64,000 nt of DNA from Holophagales bacterium (lineage in GTDB: Bacteria; Acidobacteriota; Thermoanaerobaculia; Multivoradales; UBA5704), in NCBI GenBank assembly GCA_031390755.1, contig JANMTS010000065.1, forward strand, positions 3,205 through 67,204, read 5' to 3'. This document shows, in pieces, positions 32,447 through 41,910 of this stretch. The stretch's first letter is position 1, and every line of letters starts with the position of its first letter. The position numbers were made by a program, and so were the translations under genes. The notes below the pieces were generated by a model that saw nothing but the letters and a program-made list of their open reading frames with translations, made no database searches and was not told the DNA's origin.

Positions 32447-32619
32447 GGCCTCACCCCCGACCCCTCTCCCGGTCCGCCCGAGTCCACCCGCCCCGGGGGA
32501 GGGGCGCCCCCACACGCCCCAGAAGCAGGCCCAAAAGCAGGAAGAAAGAGCAGGTCTCCCCCACTCCCGGGGCGGGCGTGCTTGGGCGGACCGGGAGAGG
32601 GGGCCGGGGGGTGAGGGCC
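32447..32619. repeat. CCCTCTCCC-type REP-like inverted repeat
   Basis: GGCCTCACCCCCGACCCCTCTCCCGGTCCGCCC paired with GGGCGGACCGGGAGAGGGGGCCGGGGGGTGAGGGCC. Confidence 0.7.
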
Positions 32620-32620
32620 G

Positions 32621-33745
32621 ATGTTCCACTCCCTGACTTTGCGCCACCCGACCGGCTCCACCCCCGTGCTCGTCGGGGACGACGCCCTTGCGTCCTCGGT
32701 GGAAACGATCACGGAGTGGCTGGCGGGGCGGACGGTCTTCCTGGTCAGCACGCCGCGGGTGCTCGGGCTGCACGGCGAGCGGCTGGAGCCGCTGCGGCAG
32801 GCGGCGGGGCGGTGGGAGATCCTGGAGGTGGAGGAGGGGGAGCCGGCCAAGACCGTGGAGTCGGCCGGGCGGCTCTGGGATGCGATGCTGGCGGCCGGCG
32901 GCAAGCGCGACAGCCGGGTGATTGCGTTCGGCGGCGGCAGCGTCGGCGACCTCGCGGGGTTCGCGGCGGGCTGCTTCCTGCGTGGCATCGAGTTTCTTCA
33001 GATCCCCACGACTCTCCTGGCCCAGGTGGACGCGGCCCTCGGCGGCAAGACCGGTGTCGACCTGGCCGGCGGCAAGAACACGGTCGGCCTCTTCCATCAT
33101 CCGGCCTTCGTGATCTGCGACACCTCGTTCCTGACGACGCTGCCCCGCGAGGAGCTGCGCTCCGGCCTCGTCGAGGTCATCAAGATGGCGGCGCTTCTCG
33201 ATCCCGATCTGCTCGAACGGGTGGAGCAGGGGCTCGACGCCCTGTTGGCGGGCGACCCGGTGGCGCTCGGTCCGGTCGTGACTGCCGCAGCCGCCGCGAA
33301 GATCCGGGTGGTGGAGCGCGACCCGACCGAGCAGGGCGACCGCAAGCTGCTCAACTTCGGCCACACGCTCGGCCACGCCGTGGAGACGGCCGGCGCCTAC
33401 GCCGGGCTCCGGCATGGGGAGGCGGTGGCCTACGGCATCCTGTTCGCGGGGCGGCTCGCCGTCCGGCAAGGGCTCGATCCGGGCCTGCCGGAACGGCTGC
33501 GGACTCTCCTGGAGCGGCTCGGCCTGCCGCCGCTGCCCCCCCGGGTCGAGGTCGGGGCGGAGGAGCTGATCTCCCACATGGCCCGGGACAAGAAGGCGCG
33601 GGAGTCGGGGCTGGTCTGGGTCCTGCCGGCGGGGCTCGGGGAGGGCCGGATGGTCGAGGGGATCGGCATGGATGCGGTGCGGGAGGAGCTCGTTCCATTC
33701 CTGCGTGCGCCGTTCGCTCGGCTTGACATCCCACATCGAGTATAA
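32621..33745 (+). CDS. aroB: 3-dehydroquinate synthase
   Basis: GGGSVGDLAGF, IPTTLLAQVDAALGGKTG, LNFGHTLGHA, HGEAV. Confidence 0.96.
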   Translation: MFHSLTLRHPTGSTPVLVGDDALASSVETITEWLAGRTVFLVSTPRVLGLHGERLEPLRQAAGRWEILEVEEGEPAKTVESAGRLWDAMLAAGGKRDSRVIAFGGGSVGDLAGFAAGCFLRGIEFLQIPTTLLAQVDAALGGKTGVDLAGGKNTVGLFHHPAFVICDTSFLTTLPREELRSGLVEVIKMAALLDPDLLERVEQGLDALLAGDPVALGPVVTAAAAAKIRVVERDPTEQGDRKLLNFGHTLGHAVETAGAYAGLRHGEAVAYGILFAGRLAVRQGLDPGLPERLRTLLERLGLPPLPPRVEVGAEELISHMARDKKARESGLVWVLPAGLGEGRMVEGIGMDAVREELVPFLRAPFARLDIPHRV

Positions 33746-33754
33746 TTTCGCTGG

Positions 33755-35551
33755 ATGTCTCCGAGCCCCAAGCCCTCCATGACGACGCCACGCCGAAGCT
33801 TTCTCCGCCGCCTGAAGCTGCGGCATGCGCTTCTGCTGGCGCTGCTGCTGTCCGGCATCATCCCGCTCGCGGTCAGCAGCTTCCTGCTCATCCAGAAGAA
33901 TCAGCAGGTGCTGCGCGACGCCGAGCGCGACTATCTCATCCGCAAGGCCGGCGCGCTGGCGAAGGAGGTCAGCGCCTATCTGCTGGCGGCGCAGCGGCCG
34001 TTGAAGGAGCTGGGCAACGGCATCCTCATCGCTCCGGGCCCGCCGCTGATGGCCGACCGCCTGCGCGAGCCCTGGGTGACCGCCCACCTCCAGCGGTTCG
34101 TGCGCGAGAGCGAGGGACTGCTGGCCCTGCGGGTCGTGGACGGCAACGGCGGCGGCCCGCTGCTCGCGCCGGGGAACCTGGGGGCTCCGAGCCGCGAAGC
34201 GCTCGACCGCGCGTTCCAGGACGTGATCGGGCAGCGCTCGTCCAATCCCCTCTACCGATTCGTGGACATGGGCAAGAAGGGCGAGACCCTGGCCGTGCTG
34301 CTCGCGATTCCGCTCACCGGCGTAGACGGCCAGAAGTTGGTGGTCGAGTCTCTGCTGCGCTTCCAGCCGCTGGAGCAGGGGCTCCGGGGCGAGGTGAACC
34401 GGGACGTGGGCGTCTTCCTGGTCGACCGGCAGGGGCGCATCCTGTGGTCCGAGGGCGGCGACCCGGCCATGGTGGAGGCCCTCAAGAGGACCGTGCTGCC
34501 GCTCTTCGTGCAGCGGCCGGCGAGCCTGACCCAGGAGTACGAGGTGGAATCCGCCGACGGGGTCAAGGAAGTCCTGGCCCAGGTCAGCGCCGTGGAGGCG
34601 AGCGGCTGGGGCGTGATCGTCCAGAAGCCGCTGTCCGAGGCGTTCGCCGCGGTGGACCGGATGATCTTCCAGACCGTGCTCTCGACGCTGCTGCTCGCCG
34701 TCCTCGCCATGATCTTCGCCTACCTCACGGCGCGCCGCGTGTCGCATCCGATCCAGCGGCTGGCGCAGACCAGCCACGAGATCGCGGCCGGCAAGTTCGG
34801 TGGCCAGATCGACACCAAGGGCCTGACCTTCGAGTTCGCCGACCTCGCGGACGACTTCAACCAGATGAGCGGCCACGTCGAGCGCTACGTGCAGCAGCTC
34901 CGCCAGGCCGCGCAGGCGAACCGCGAGCTGTTCATCGGCAACATGCGCGCCTTCGTGGCCGCGATCGACGCCAAGGACCCCTACACGCGCGGCCACTCCG
35001 AGCGCGTCGCCCAGTACAGCCGCACCATCGCGCGCTTCCTGCAGCTCCCGGAAGAGGTCCAGCACAAGGTCTGGATCAGCGGGCTTCTCCACGACGTCGG
35101 CAAGATCGGCGTCGAGGATCTGGTTCTCCGCAAGGAGGGCAAGCTCACCGCCGAGGAGTTCGAGCAGATGAAGATGCACACGGTGATCGGCCACGACATC
35201 ATGACGCCGATCGAGCAGCTCAAGGAGATGGTGCCGGGCATCCGTTCGCATCACGAGGCCTGGAACGGCCGGGGCTACCCGGACGGGCTCAAGGGCGAGC
35301 AGATCCCGCTGTTCGGCCGGATCATCGGCGTCGCCGACACGTTCGACGCCATCACCACGAACCGTCCGTACCAGCAGGCCTACAGCCTGGAGTACGCGGT
35401 CGAGACCATCAAGAAGCTCACCGGCAGCCGCTTCGACGCGAAGATCGTGACCGCCTTCCTGCGCGCCTTCGAGGCGGGAGAGATCCGGCCGCGGCCGGCG
35501 CGCACCGAGACTCTGGCCGGTCCCGTGCGCGCGGCCGCCGGTTCCCGGTGA
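33755..35551 (+). CDS. HD-GYP phosphodiesterase with periplasmic sensor and HAMP domain
   Basis: Two TM helices, HAMP, GHSERV, LHDVGKIG, HHEAWNGRGYPDGL. Confidence 0.92.
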   Translation: MSPSPKPSMTTPRRSFLRRLKLRHALLLALLLSGIIPLAVSSFLLIQKNQQVLRDAERDYLIRKAGALAKEVSAYLLAAQRPLKELGNGILIAPGPPLMADRLREPWVTAHLQRFVRESEGLLALRVVDGNGGGPLLAPGNLGAPSREALDRAFQDVIGQRSSNPLYRFVDMGKKGETLAVLLAIPLTGVDGQKLVVESLLRFQPLEQGLRGEVNRDVGVFLVDRQGRILWSEGGDPAMVEALKRTVLPLFVQRPASLTQEYEVESADGVKEVLAQVSAVEASGWGVIVQKPLSEAFAAVDRMIFQTVLSTLLLAVLAMIFAYLTARRVSHPIQRLAQTSHEIAAGKFGGQIDTKGLTFEFADLADDFNQMSGHVERYVQQLRQAAQANRELFIGNMRAFVAAIDAKDPYTRGHSERVAQYSRTIARFLQLPEEVQHKVWISGLLHDVGKIGVEDLVLRKEGKLTAEEFEQMKMHTVIGHDIMTPIEQLKEMVPGIRSHHEAWNGRGYPDGLKGEQIPLFGRIIGVADTFDAITTNRPYQQAYSLEYAVETIKKLTGSRFDAKIVTAFLRAFEAGEIRPRPARTETLAGPVRAAAGSR

Positions 35552-35629
35552 GGATTGCGTTGGATACCGCGCCCGATTCTTTGGGTCAATTTTTTCGGGA
35601 TCAATTTTTTCGGGATAGAATCACGCCCG

Positions 35630-35992
35630 ATGTTTGAACACGTTCTCGCCAACCTGCTGGACACCAACAAGGATGCCCTGGGCGCCCTCTTCCTCGACGG
35701 GAGCGGCGAGACCGTGGATCTCGCCTGCGCGGACTTCAGCGCGTACGAGATGAAGATCATCGGCGCGTACCTGGGCATCTACCTGCGGCGCTTCGAACGC
35801 CTTCTCGACGGCATGGGCCTCGGGGAGATGAAGATCGTCCACATCGAGAAGCGCGGCCTCCACATCTACATGGTCCCGATGCCGGACCAGTACTGCCTGG
35901 CGCTGGTGCAGAGGCACCCGTCGCTCGTGGCCCAGGCCCGCAAGAGCCTCGGCGTGGCGGTCGAGACGCTCAACCAGGAGCTGTTCGGGTAG
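35630..35992 (+). CDS. roadblock/LC7 domain-like protein
   Basis: 120 aa; ALGALFLDGSGETV pattern. Confidence 0.7.
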   Translation: MFEHVLANLLDTNKDALGALFLDGSGETVDLACADFSAYEMKIIGAYLGIYLRRFERLLDGMGLGEMKIVHIEKRGLHIYMVPMPDQYCLALVQRHPSLVAQARKSLGVAVETLNQELFG

Positions 35993-36003
35993 GCGATCCA
36001 GAG

Positions 36004-36993
36004 ATGGCTGACGAAACGAAGAAGCTCGACATCCTGGAGCTGGCGCCCGAGACTCCGGCGCCCCGGGAAGACGACGAGCAGCAGGCCAACTTCTGGGGGA
36101 AGCTCAAGCGCGGCCTGTTCATGACCCACACCGAGATTCTCGACAAGGTGTCGTCCGCCGTGAAAGGCGAGACGGTGCTCGACGAGAAGACGCTCGAGTA
36201 TCTGGAAGAGGTTCTGATCGGCGCGGACATGGGCGTCGAGACCTCCCTCAGCCTGGTGGAAGGGGTCCGCCGGAATGCGCTCAAGGAGCAGACCACCAGC
36301 GCCACCCGGCTGCGCAAGATCCTGTCGGACGAGATCGCCGATCTCCTGTTCCAGGCGCCGCGCCCCCGCCTGCTCGGCAAGGGCCCGGTGCTGACGCTAG
36401 TGGTCGGGGTCAACGGCGTCGGCAAGACCACCTCGATCGCCAAGCTCGCGAAGCGCTCCCTGCAGCAGGGCAACCGGACGATGCTCGCCGCGGGCGACAC
36501 CTTCCGGGCCGCGGCCATCGAGCAGCTCGCTCTCTGGGGTGAGCGGCTCGGCGTCGAGGTCGTGCGCCAGGGCCAGGGCGCCGATCCGGGCGCCGTGGTC
36601 TACGACGCGATCCACGCCGCCAAGGCGCGGAAGATCGACAACCTGATCGTCGACACCGCCGGCCGCCTCCACACCAAGGACCACCTGATGGCCGAGCTGA
36701 GCAAGGTCCGCCGGGTGATCGACCGCGAGGCCGCGGACTGGCAGAAGCAGACCATCCTGGTGCTCGACGCCACCACCGGACAGAACGCCCTCGCCCAGGC
36801 GCGCACCTTCCAGCAGGTGGTGCCGATCGACGGCGTGCTCCTCGCCAAGCTCGACGGCACGGCCAAGGGCGGCATGGTGGTCGCCATCGCCAAGGAGCTG
36901 CGCCTGCCCGTCCTCTATCTCGGGGTGGGCGAGAAGGCCGACGACCTGGTGGATTTCCGTCCCCGGGAGTTCGCGTCTGCTCTCGTCGGCTGA
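36004..36993 (+). CDS. ftsY: signal recognition particle receptor
   Basis: GVNGVGKTT, DTFRAAA, DTAGRL, DATTGQN, KLDGTAKGG. Confidence 0.97.
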   Translation: MADETKKLDILELAPETPAPREDDEQQANFWGKLKRGLFMTHTEILDKVSSAVKGETVLDEKTLEYLEEVLIGADMGVETSLSLVEGVRRNALKEQTTSATRLRKILSDEIADLLFQAPRPRLLGKGPVLTLVVGVNGVGKTTSIAKLAKRSLQQGNRTMLAAGDTFRAAAIEQLALWGERLGVEVVRQGQGADPGAVVYDAIHAAKARKIDNLIVDTAGRLHTKDHLMAELSKVRRVIDREAADWQKQTILVLDATTGQNALAQARTFQQVVPIDGVLLAKLDGTAKGGMVVAIAKELRLPVLYLGVGEKADDLVDFRPREFASALVG

Positions 36994-38137
36994 CGCCGCC
37001 TCGGCGGCCCCTTCCGCCGCCGACAGCCAGTATCTCCGGCGCGCTCTCCTCCTCGCCGCCCGCGGGCGGTATCGAACCTCTCCCAATCCGATGGTCGGCG
37101 CCGTTGTGGTTCGCGACGGTCAGATCGTCGGCCGCGGCTGGCACCGGCAGGTCGGCGGCCCGCACGCGGAGATCGAGGCGCTCCGCGCCGCGGGAGACGC
37201 GGCCCGCGGCGCCACCCTCTACGTCACCCTGGAGCCCTGCAACCATCACGGCCGCACGCCGCCCTGCGTCGACGCGGTCCTGGAAGCGGGGATCGCCCGG
37301 GTCGTCGCCTGCCACCGCGACCCGAACCGGGTGGCCGCCGGCGGGTTCGAGCGTCTGCGAGCGGCCGGCGTGGAGGTCGAGCACGGGGGTTCGGCGCGGT
37401 TGGAGCGCCTGGCTCGCGACGCCGTCCGCCTGAACCTGCGCTTCCTGATCCCGGCGGTCCACGGCCGGCCCGAGGTCACCCTGAAGTGGGCGATGAGCCT
37501 GGACGGCCGGATCGCCACGGCCACCGGCGAGAGCCAGTGGATCTCGTCGCCGGCCGGCCGGCGCTGGGGCCTCGCGCTGCGGGAAGAGCACGACGCCATC
37601 CTGGTCGGCATCGGGACCGTCCTCGCCGACAATCCCCGGCTCGACCGGCGGCTCGGTCTGGCGGGCAGACCCAATCTGCGCGTGATCCTCGACCGGCGCC
37701 TCCGCACGCCGCCGGGAGCGCGGCTCTTCCAGGTCGACGGTCCGGTGCTGATATACACTGAGGCCGCCGCCCGGGATCGCTGGACGGCCCTCGAAGAGCG
37801 GGGCGCCCGGATCGTGGCACTGCCCTCGGTCGAGCCCGCCGCGGTGCTCTCCGATCTCTACGAACGCGGGGTGCGTAGCGTCCTGGTCGAGGGCGGCGGC
37901 GAGGTTCACGCGAGCTTCGCGGAGTCGGGGCTCTTCGACCGGGTCGGCGTGGACTGCGCGCCGCTCCTGATCGGCGGCCGATCCGCTCCCGGCCCGCTGG
38001 GCGGCGAGGGCTTCGCCTCGCTGGCCAACGCGGCACGACTGGAAGACTTCGAGGTGCGCCGCCGGGGCGGCGACCTCCTCCTCACGGGGTATCGCAAAGG
38101 GTGTTTACCGGCATTGTTAGCGAGCGTGGGCGCCTGA
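36977..38137 (+). CDS. ribD: bifunctional riboflavin deaminase/reductase; start probably non-canonical (CTG 36977)
   Basis: HAE, TLEPC..HGRTPPC, SLDGRIA, VEGGG; conserved N-terminal YLRRALLLAARG..TSPNP lies in frame upstream of ATG 37091. Confidence 0.93.
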   Translation: MLSSADAASAAPSAADSQYLRRALLLAARGRYRTSPNPMVGAVVVRDGQIVGRGWHRQVGGPHAEIEALRAAGDAARGATLYVTLEPCNHHGRTPPCVDAVLEAGIARVVACHRDPNRVAAGGFERLRAAGVEVEHGGSARLERLARDAVRLNLRFLIPAVHGRPEVTLKWAMSLDGRIATATGESQWISSPAGRRWGLALREEHDAILVGIGTVLADNPRLDRRLGLAGRPNLRVILDRRLRTPPGARLFQVDGPVLIYTEAAARDRWTALEERGARIVALPSVEPAAVLSDLYERGVRSVLVEGGGEVHASFAESGLFDRVGVDCAPLLIGGRSAPGPLGGEGFASLANAARLEDFEVRRRGGDLLLTGYRKGCLPALLASVGA

Positions 38138-38745
38138 TCGGCGACCCGGAGCCTTCGGGCCAGGGCGGCGTCCGTCTGGTCCTCTCCCACACACCGGAGT
38201 TGGGCCGGCGCCTGGAGATCGGCGCGAGCCTGGCCGTCTCCGGCGTCTGCCTCACGATCACTGAATTGGTGGGCGAGCCTCCCGTCCGATCCAGGGTCGA
38301 GCTGTCGCCCGAGACCCTGGACCGCACCAACCTGGGCGGGTTGCGGGATGGGCGAGAGGTGAACCTGGAGCCCGCTCTCCGCATGGGCGACGCCCTCGGC
38401 GGGCACATGGTCCAGGGCCACGTCGACGGCACCGCGCTCGTCGTGGACCGGCAGGATCTCACGGAGCACCGGGTGCTCGCGTTCTCGATCCCGCCCGAGG
38501 TCTCGCCGTTCCTGGTGGAGAAGGGCTCGGTGACGGTGGACGGCGTGAGCCTGACCGTGTCCGCCCTGCGTGCCGACCGCTTCGAGGTGGCCTTGATCCC
38601 CCACACGCTGGAGGTGACGACCCTCTCCGGCCTGAGCCCGGGCGACCGGGTCAACCTGGAGGTGGACGTCATCGGGAAGTACATCCACCGCATGCTCGCC
38701 GCCCGGGGCCTGGTACCTGAGGCGGAGGCGCGGGAGGCTCCCTAG
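38101..38745 (+). CDS. ribE: riboflavin synthase (alpha chain)
   Basis: MFTGIV, GVCLT, GGHMVQGHVDG, KGSVTVDGVSLT. Confidence 0.96.
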   Translation: MFTGIVSERGRLIGDPEPSGQGGVRLVLSHTPELGRRLEIGASLAVSGVCLTITELVGEPPVRSRVELSPETLDRTNLGGLRDGREVNLEPALRMGDALGGHMVQGHVDGTALVVDRQDLTEHRVLAFSIPPEVSPFLVEKGSVTVDGVSLTVSALRADRFEVALIPHTLEVTTLSGLSPGDRVNLEVDVIGKYIHRMLAARGLVPEAEAREAP

Positions 38746-39788
38746 TGGCATCCACCGCCGAGCCGGCGCCTTCGCGGTCGCCGCAGGACACGGTCGCTAC
38801 GCGCCCGGGCAAGCCCGCATCGCAGCTTCCCGAGCCCGGCCGCTTCTGGGTGCGCTACCTCCCCAAGAGCTGGGAGACGCCCGACCGTCCCTGGATCCAT
38901 CTGGCGACCGCCCGGCTGGGCGAGTGGGCGCGGCGTCCGGCGTCGCGTACTGGCGCCGTGGAGGCATTGCCGGACATCCCGCTCGACGACGTCCTCTACG
39001 TGCCGCCCGTGCCGTCGAAGCGCGGCCCGGCCCGCGACGAGTTGGCCACGGCCCGCCTCGTTCACGGTACTCCTGTGCTGGTCCAGCTCTTCCCGGGCGA
39101 GGAGCCGAAGATCCCGTCCGTCCAGGGCGTCACCTTCGTGTTCGACCTCCTTTCCGTGTTGATGGAAGGCGACCTGGGCCGTCTCGACCGGCTGCCGACC
39201 GGGGCGTCCGCGGTCTGGCCGCTGATCGCGGGGCTCACCGACGACCCGTCGCTCTGGGACGAAGGCTGCCGCCGCCTCGCGCTGGCCGGCGCGCGGTGCG
39301 TGCAGGCGATCACGCCGCTCCTGGTGCCCGCCGACCGGCACCGGCTCCTCAACGAGCTCGAAGGGCGCGACGATCTCTTCGACGCCCTGTTCCACCGCGA
39401 GCCGCCGCCGGAGCGCGACTTCGCCCGCGCCGCGCATCGCCACGGCCTTGAGCCGTATCTGGCCCGGCCGCTGCCGCGCGCCCCCATCCTCGGCCGGGAG
39501 AACCGCCGGATCGGGGAGGTGCTCGCCCTGGCCGCGGAGCTCTGGCTCCGCCTGGACCGGCCGGTGGAGCAGGGGCAGGCGTTCTACCGCGCGGCCCGCT
39601 GGGTGGACGAGACCCGCTACGACCTGGACGCGCTGGCCCACGAGGGCAACCTCGCGGTCATCAAGGCCTTCGACGAGGCGAGCCTGGCGGTGGTGGCGGA
39701 CGTGGTGGAGACCGGGGAGTCCGAGCTGCTCGCCGGGCTTCTCGCCGACTATGTGGCCCCGAAGGGGCAGGAGGAAGGGACTCGATGA
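38745..39788 (+). CDS. hypothetical protein with degenerate radical-SAM-like segment and C-terminal HhH (PolX N-terminal-like) domain
   Basis: [15 protein letters not shown] and N..IGEVL..AFYRAA..VETGES patterns; no CxxxCxxC. Confidence 0.6.
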   Translation: MASTAEPAPSRSPQDTVATRPGKPASQLPEPGRFWVRYLPKSWETPDRPWIHLATARLGEWARRPASRTGAVEALPDIPLDDVLYVPPVPSKRGPARDELATARLVHGTPVLVQLFPGEEPKIPSVQGVTFVFDLLSVLMEGDLGRLDRLPTGASAVWPLIAGLTDDPSLWDEGCRRLALAGARCVQAITPLLVPADRHRLLNELEGRDDLFDALFHREPPPERDFARAAHRHGLEPYLARPLPRAPILGRENRRIGEVLALAAELWLRLDRPVEQGQAFYRAARWVDETRYDLDALAHEGNLAVIKAFDEASLAVVADVVETGESELLAGLLADYVAPKGQEEGTR

Positions 39789-40816
39789 TCGATCTGCGCT
39801 CGGACACCGTAACCCGCCCGGACGACGAGATGCGCCGCGCCATGGCCGAGGCCGAGGTCGGCGACGACGTCTACGGCGAAGACCCGACGGTGTCGAAGCT
39901 GGAAGAGGAAGCCGCGGCCGCCCTGGGTTTCGAGGCCGCGCTCTTCGTGCCCTCCGGAACCATGGGCAACCAGATCGCCCTGCGCCTCCACGGCCGGCCC
40001 GGCGACGAGGTCATCTGCGACGCGCTGTGCCACATCTTCCGCTTCGAGATGGGCGGCATGGCCGCGCTGTCCGGCCTGATGCCGCGCGTCCTGGCTTCCC
40101 CGCGGGGGCTGCTCGATCCCGCGGCGGTCGAGGCGGTGATCGACCGCGACCCGACCTTCCACGCCCGGACCGGCGTGCTCGCAGTCGAGAACACCCACAA
40201 CATCGCGGGCGGCGTGCTCTACGACCGGCCGCGGCTGGACGCGCTCCTCGCCGTGGCGAAGCGCCACTCGCTGCCCGTCCACCTCGACGGCGCCCGCATC
40301 TTCAACGCCGCCGCGGCCCTGGGGACGACGGCGGCGGCCCTGGCCGCGGGCTTCGACTCGGTGATGTTCTGTCTGTCGAAGGGGCTCGGCGCGCCGGTGG
40401 GCTCGATGCTCTGCGGCTCCCGGGGCTTCATTCACGAGGCGCGGCGGATGAGGAAGATGTTCGGCGGCGGCATGCGTCAGGCCGGCATCCTCGCCGCGGC
40501 AGGGCTGATCGCCCTGCGCAAGGGGCCGGGCCGCCTGGACGAAGATCACGAGAACGCCCGCCGGCTGGCGGCGGGGCTGCAGGGCATTTCGGGCTTCGAG
40601 GTCGATCCGGCCCCGCAGACCAACATCGTGCTCTGCCGGGTGGGAGAAGAGCAGGGCCGCTCCGACCCCTTCCTAGCGCGTCTGGCGAAGGCCGGAACCC
40701 TGGCGAGCCACGTCTCCGCGGACGAAATCCGCTTCGTGACCCACCGCGACGTCTCGACCGCCGAGGTGGACGCCGCGGTCGGGATCGTCAGAAGTCAGAC
40801 GGTGATTCCCGCCTGA
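39785..40816 (+). CDS. ltaE: low-specificity L-threonine aldolase
   Basis: [36 protein letters not shown]. Confidence 0.95.
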   Translation: MIDLRSDTVTRPDDEMRRAMAEAEVGDDVYGEDPTVSKLEEEAAAALGFEAALFVPSGTMGNQIALRLHGRPGDEVICDALCHIFRFEMGGMAALSGLMPRVLASPRGLLDPAAVEAVIDRDPTFHARTGVLAVENTHNIAGGVLYDRPRLDALLAVAKRHSLPVHLDGARIFNAAAALGTTAAALAAGFDSVMFCLSKGLGAPVGSMLCGSRGFIHEARRMRKMFGGGMRQAGILAAAGLIALRKGPGRLDEDHENARRLAAGLQGISGFEVDPAPQTNIVLCRVGEEQGRSDPFLARLAKAGTLASHVSADEIRFVTHRDVSTAEVDAAVGIVRSQTVIPA

Positions 40817-40831
40817 AGGTCCTGAATTTCT

Positions 40832-40872
40832 CCCTCTCCCCCGGAACGGGGGAGAGGGCCGGGGAGAGGGGG
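40832..40872. repeat. REP-like hairpin between convergent genes (possible terminator role)
   Basis: CCCTCTCCCCCG-GAA-CGGGGGAGAGGG; same family as 32447-32619. Confidence 0.6.
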
Positions 40873-40886
40873 GATGGGATCAACCG

Positions 40887-41264
40887 TCAACCGACTCTTG
40901 CGATGAAATCGATCTCCACCAGCGCCGCCTTCGGCAGCGCCGCGACCTGCACCGTCGAGCGGGCCGGCCGGTGGTCGCCCATCGCCTCCGCATAGATCGC
41001 GTTCAGCTTGGGGAAATCCCCCAGGTCGGTGACGTAGACCGTCGCCTTCACGACGTCCGAGAACGTGCAGCCGGCGCTGGCCAGAACCTGCTTCAGATTT
41101 TCAAACACCCTCCTGGCCTGGGCCTCGAAGCCGCCGTCCACCAGCTCGCCGGTGGCGGGATCGATCGCCACCTGTCCGGACGTATAGAGCCAGCCGTCGA
41201 TCATCACGGCCTGCGAGTAGGGGCCGATGGCCTTGGGGGCGTAGTCGGTGTGAAGGAATTGCAT
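40887..41264 (-). CDS. ridA: RidA family enamine/imine deaminase
   Basis: APKAIGPYSQA, SGQ, PARSTVQVAALP, VEI. Confidence 0.93.
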   Translation of the reverse strand: MQFLHTDYAPKAIGPYSQAVMIDGWLYTSGQVAIDPATGELVDGGFEAQARRVFENLKQVLASAGCTFSDVVKATVYVTDLGDFPKLNAIYAEAMGDHRPARSTVQVAALPKAALVEIDFIARVG

Positions 41265-41290
41265 CGCTCTCGGATCTCCGCAGAAGAAAG

Positions 41291-41866
41291 TCAGGAAGGG
41301 GACGACGGTTCCGTTTCAGAATCAGGAGTCTCGACGACTCCAATGTAGGGAAGGTTGCGGTAGCGCTCGTCGAAGTCGAGGCCGTAGCCGACCACGAAGA
41401 GGTTCTCGATCTCGAAGCCGCGGTATTCGATGGGCACCTCGACCTCGCGGCGCGAAACCTTGTCGAGCAGCGCGCAGAGCCGCACGCTCCGGGCGCCCCG
41501 GAACTTGAGCAGCGAGAGCACCGTGCGCAGCGTGTGGCCCGTGTCCACGATGTCCTCGATGAGCAGGACATCCTTGTCGCGCAGGGGCAGGTCCACATCC
41601 TTGCGGATGCGGACCTCGTCCGAGGTCGTGCCGCTGCCGTAGCTCGACGTCTGGAAGAAATCGATGCGGACCGGGACCGTGACCTGCTTGAGCAGGTCCG
41701 TCATGAAGAAGACCGACCCCTTGAGCACGCCGATGACGATCAGATCGTCGTCGCCTGCCGCTTTGTCCGCATAGTCCCGATTGATGTCCGCCGCCAGCGC
41801 CGCGACGCGGCGCTCGAGGTCTTCCCGGGAGATCAGGACGCGGACGTTTTCCTTTCCCATCGCCAT
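41291..41866 (-). CDS. hpt: hypoxanthine phosphoribosyltransferase
   Basis: GVLKGS, LIEDIVDTGHTL, FVVGYGLD..ERYRNLPYIG. Confidence 0.96.
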   Translation of the reverse strand: MAMGKENVRVLISREDLERRVAALAADINRDYADKAAGDDDLIVIGVLKGSVFFMTDLLKQVTVPVRIDFFQTSSYGSGTTSDEVRIRKDVDLPLRDKDVLLIEDIVDTGHTLRTVLSLLKFRGARSVRLCALLDKVSRREVEVPIEYRGFEIENLFVVGYGLDFDERYRNLPYIGVVETPDSETEPSSPS

Positions 41867-41910
41867 GGCGTAATATCCTCGAATCTTCCACGAATGGATT
41901 GGAATGAACA

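Noticed and set aside
33723-33746. Perfect TTGACA and TATAAT upstream of the HD-GYP gene
   Set aside because: The spacer is only 12 bp, incompatible with a standard sigma70 promoter; the -10 alone may still work
30058-35254. Very long antisense ORFs (976 and 1020 aa) and similar ones elsewhere
   Set aside because: Shadow ORFs of GC-rich genes (aspS, aroB, HD-GYP) caused by codon bias
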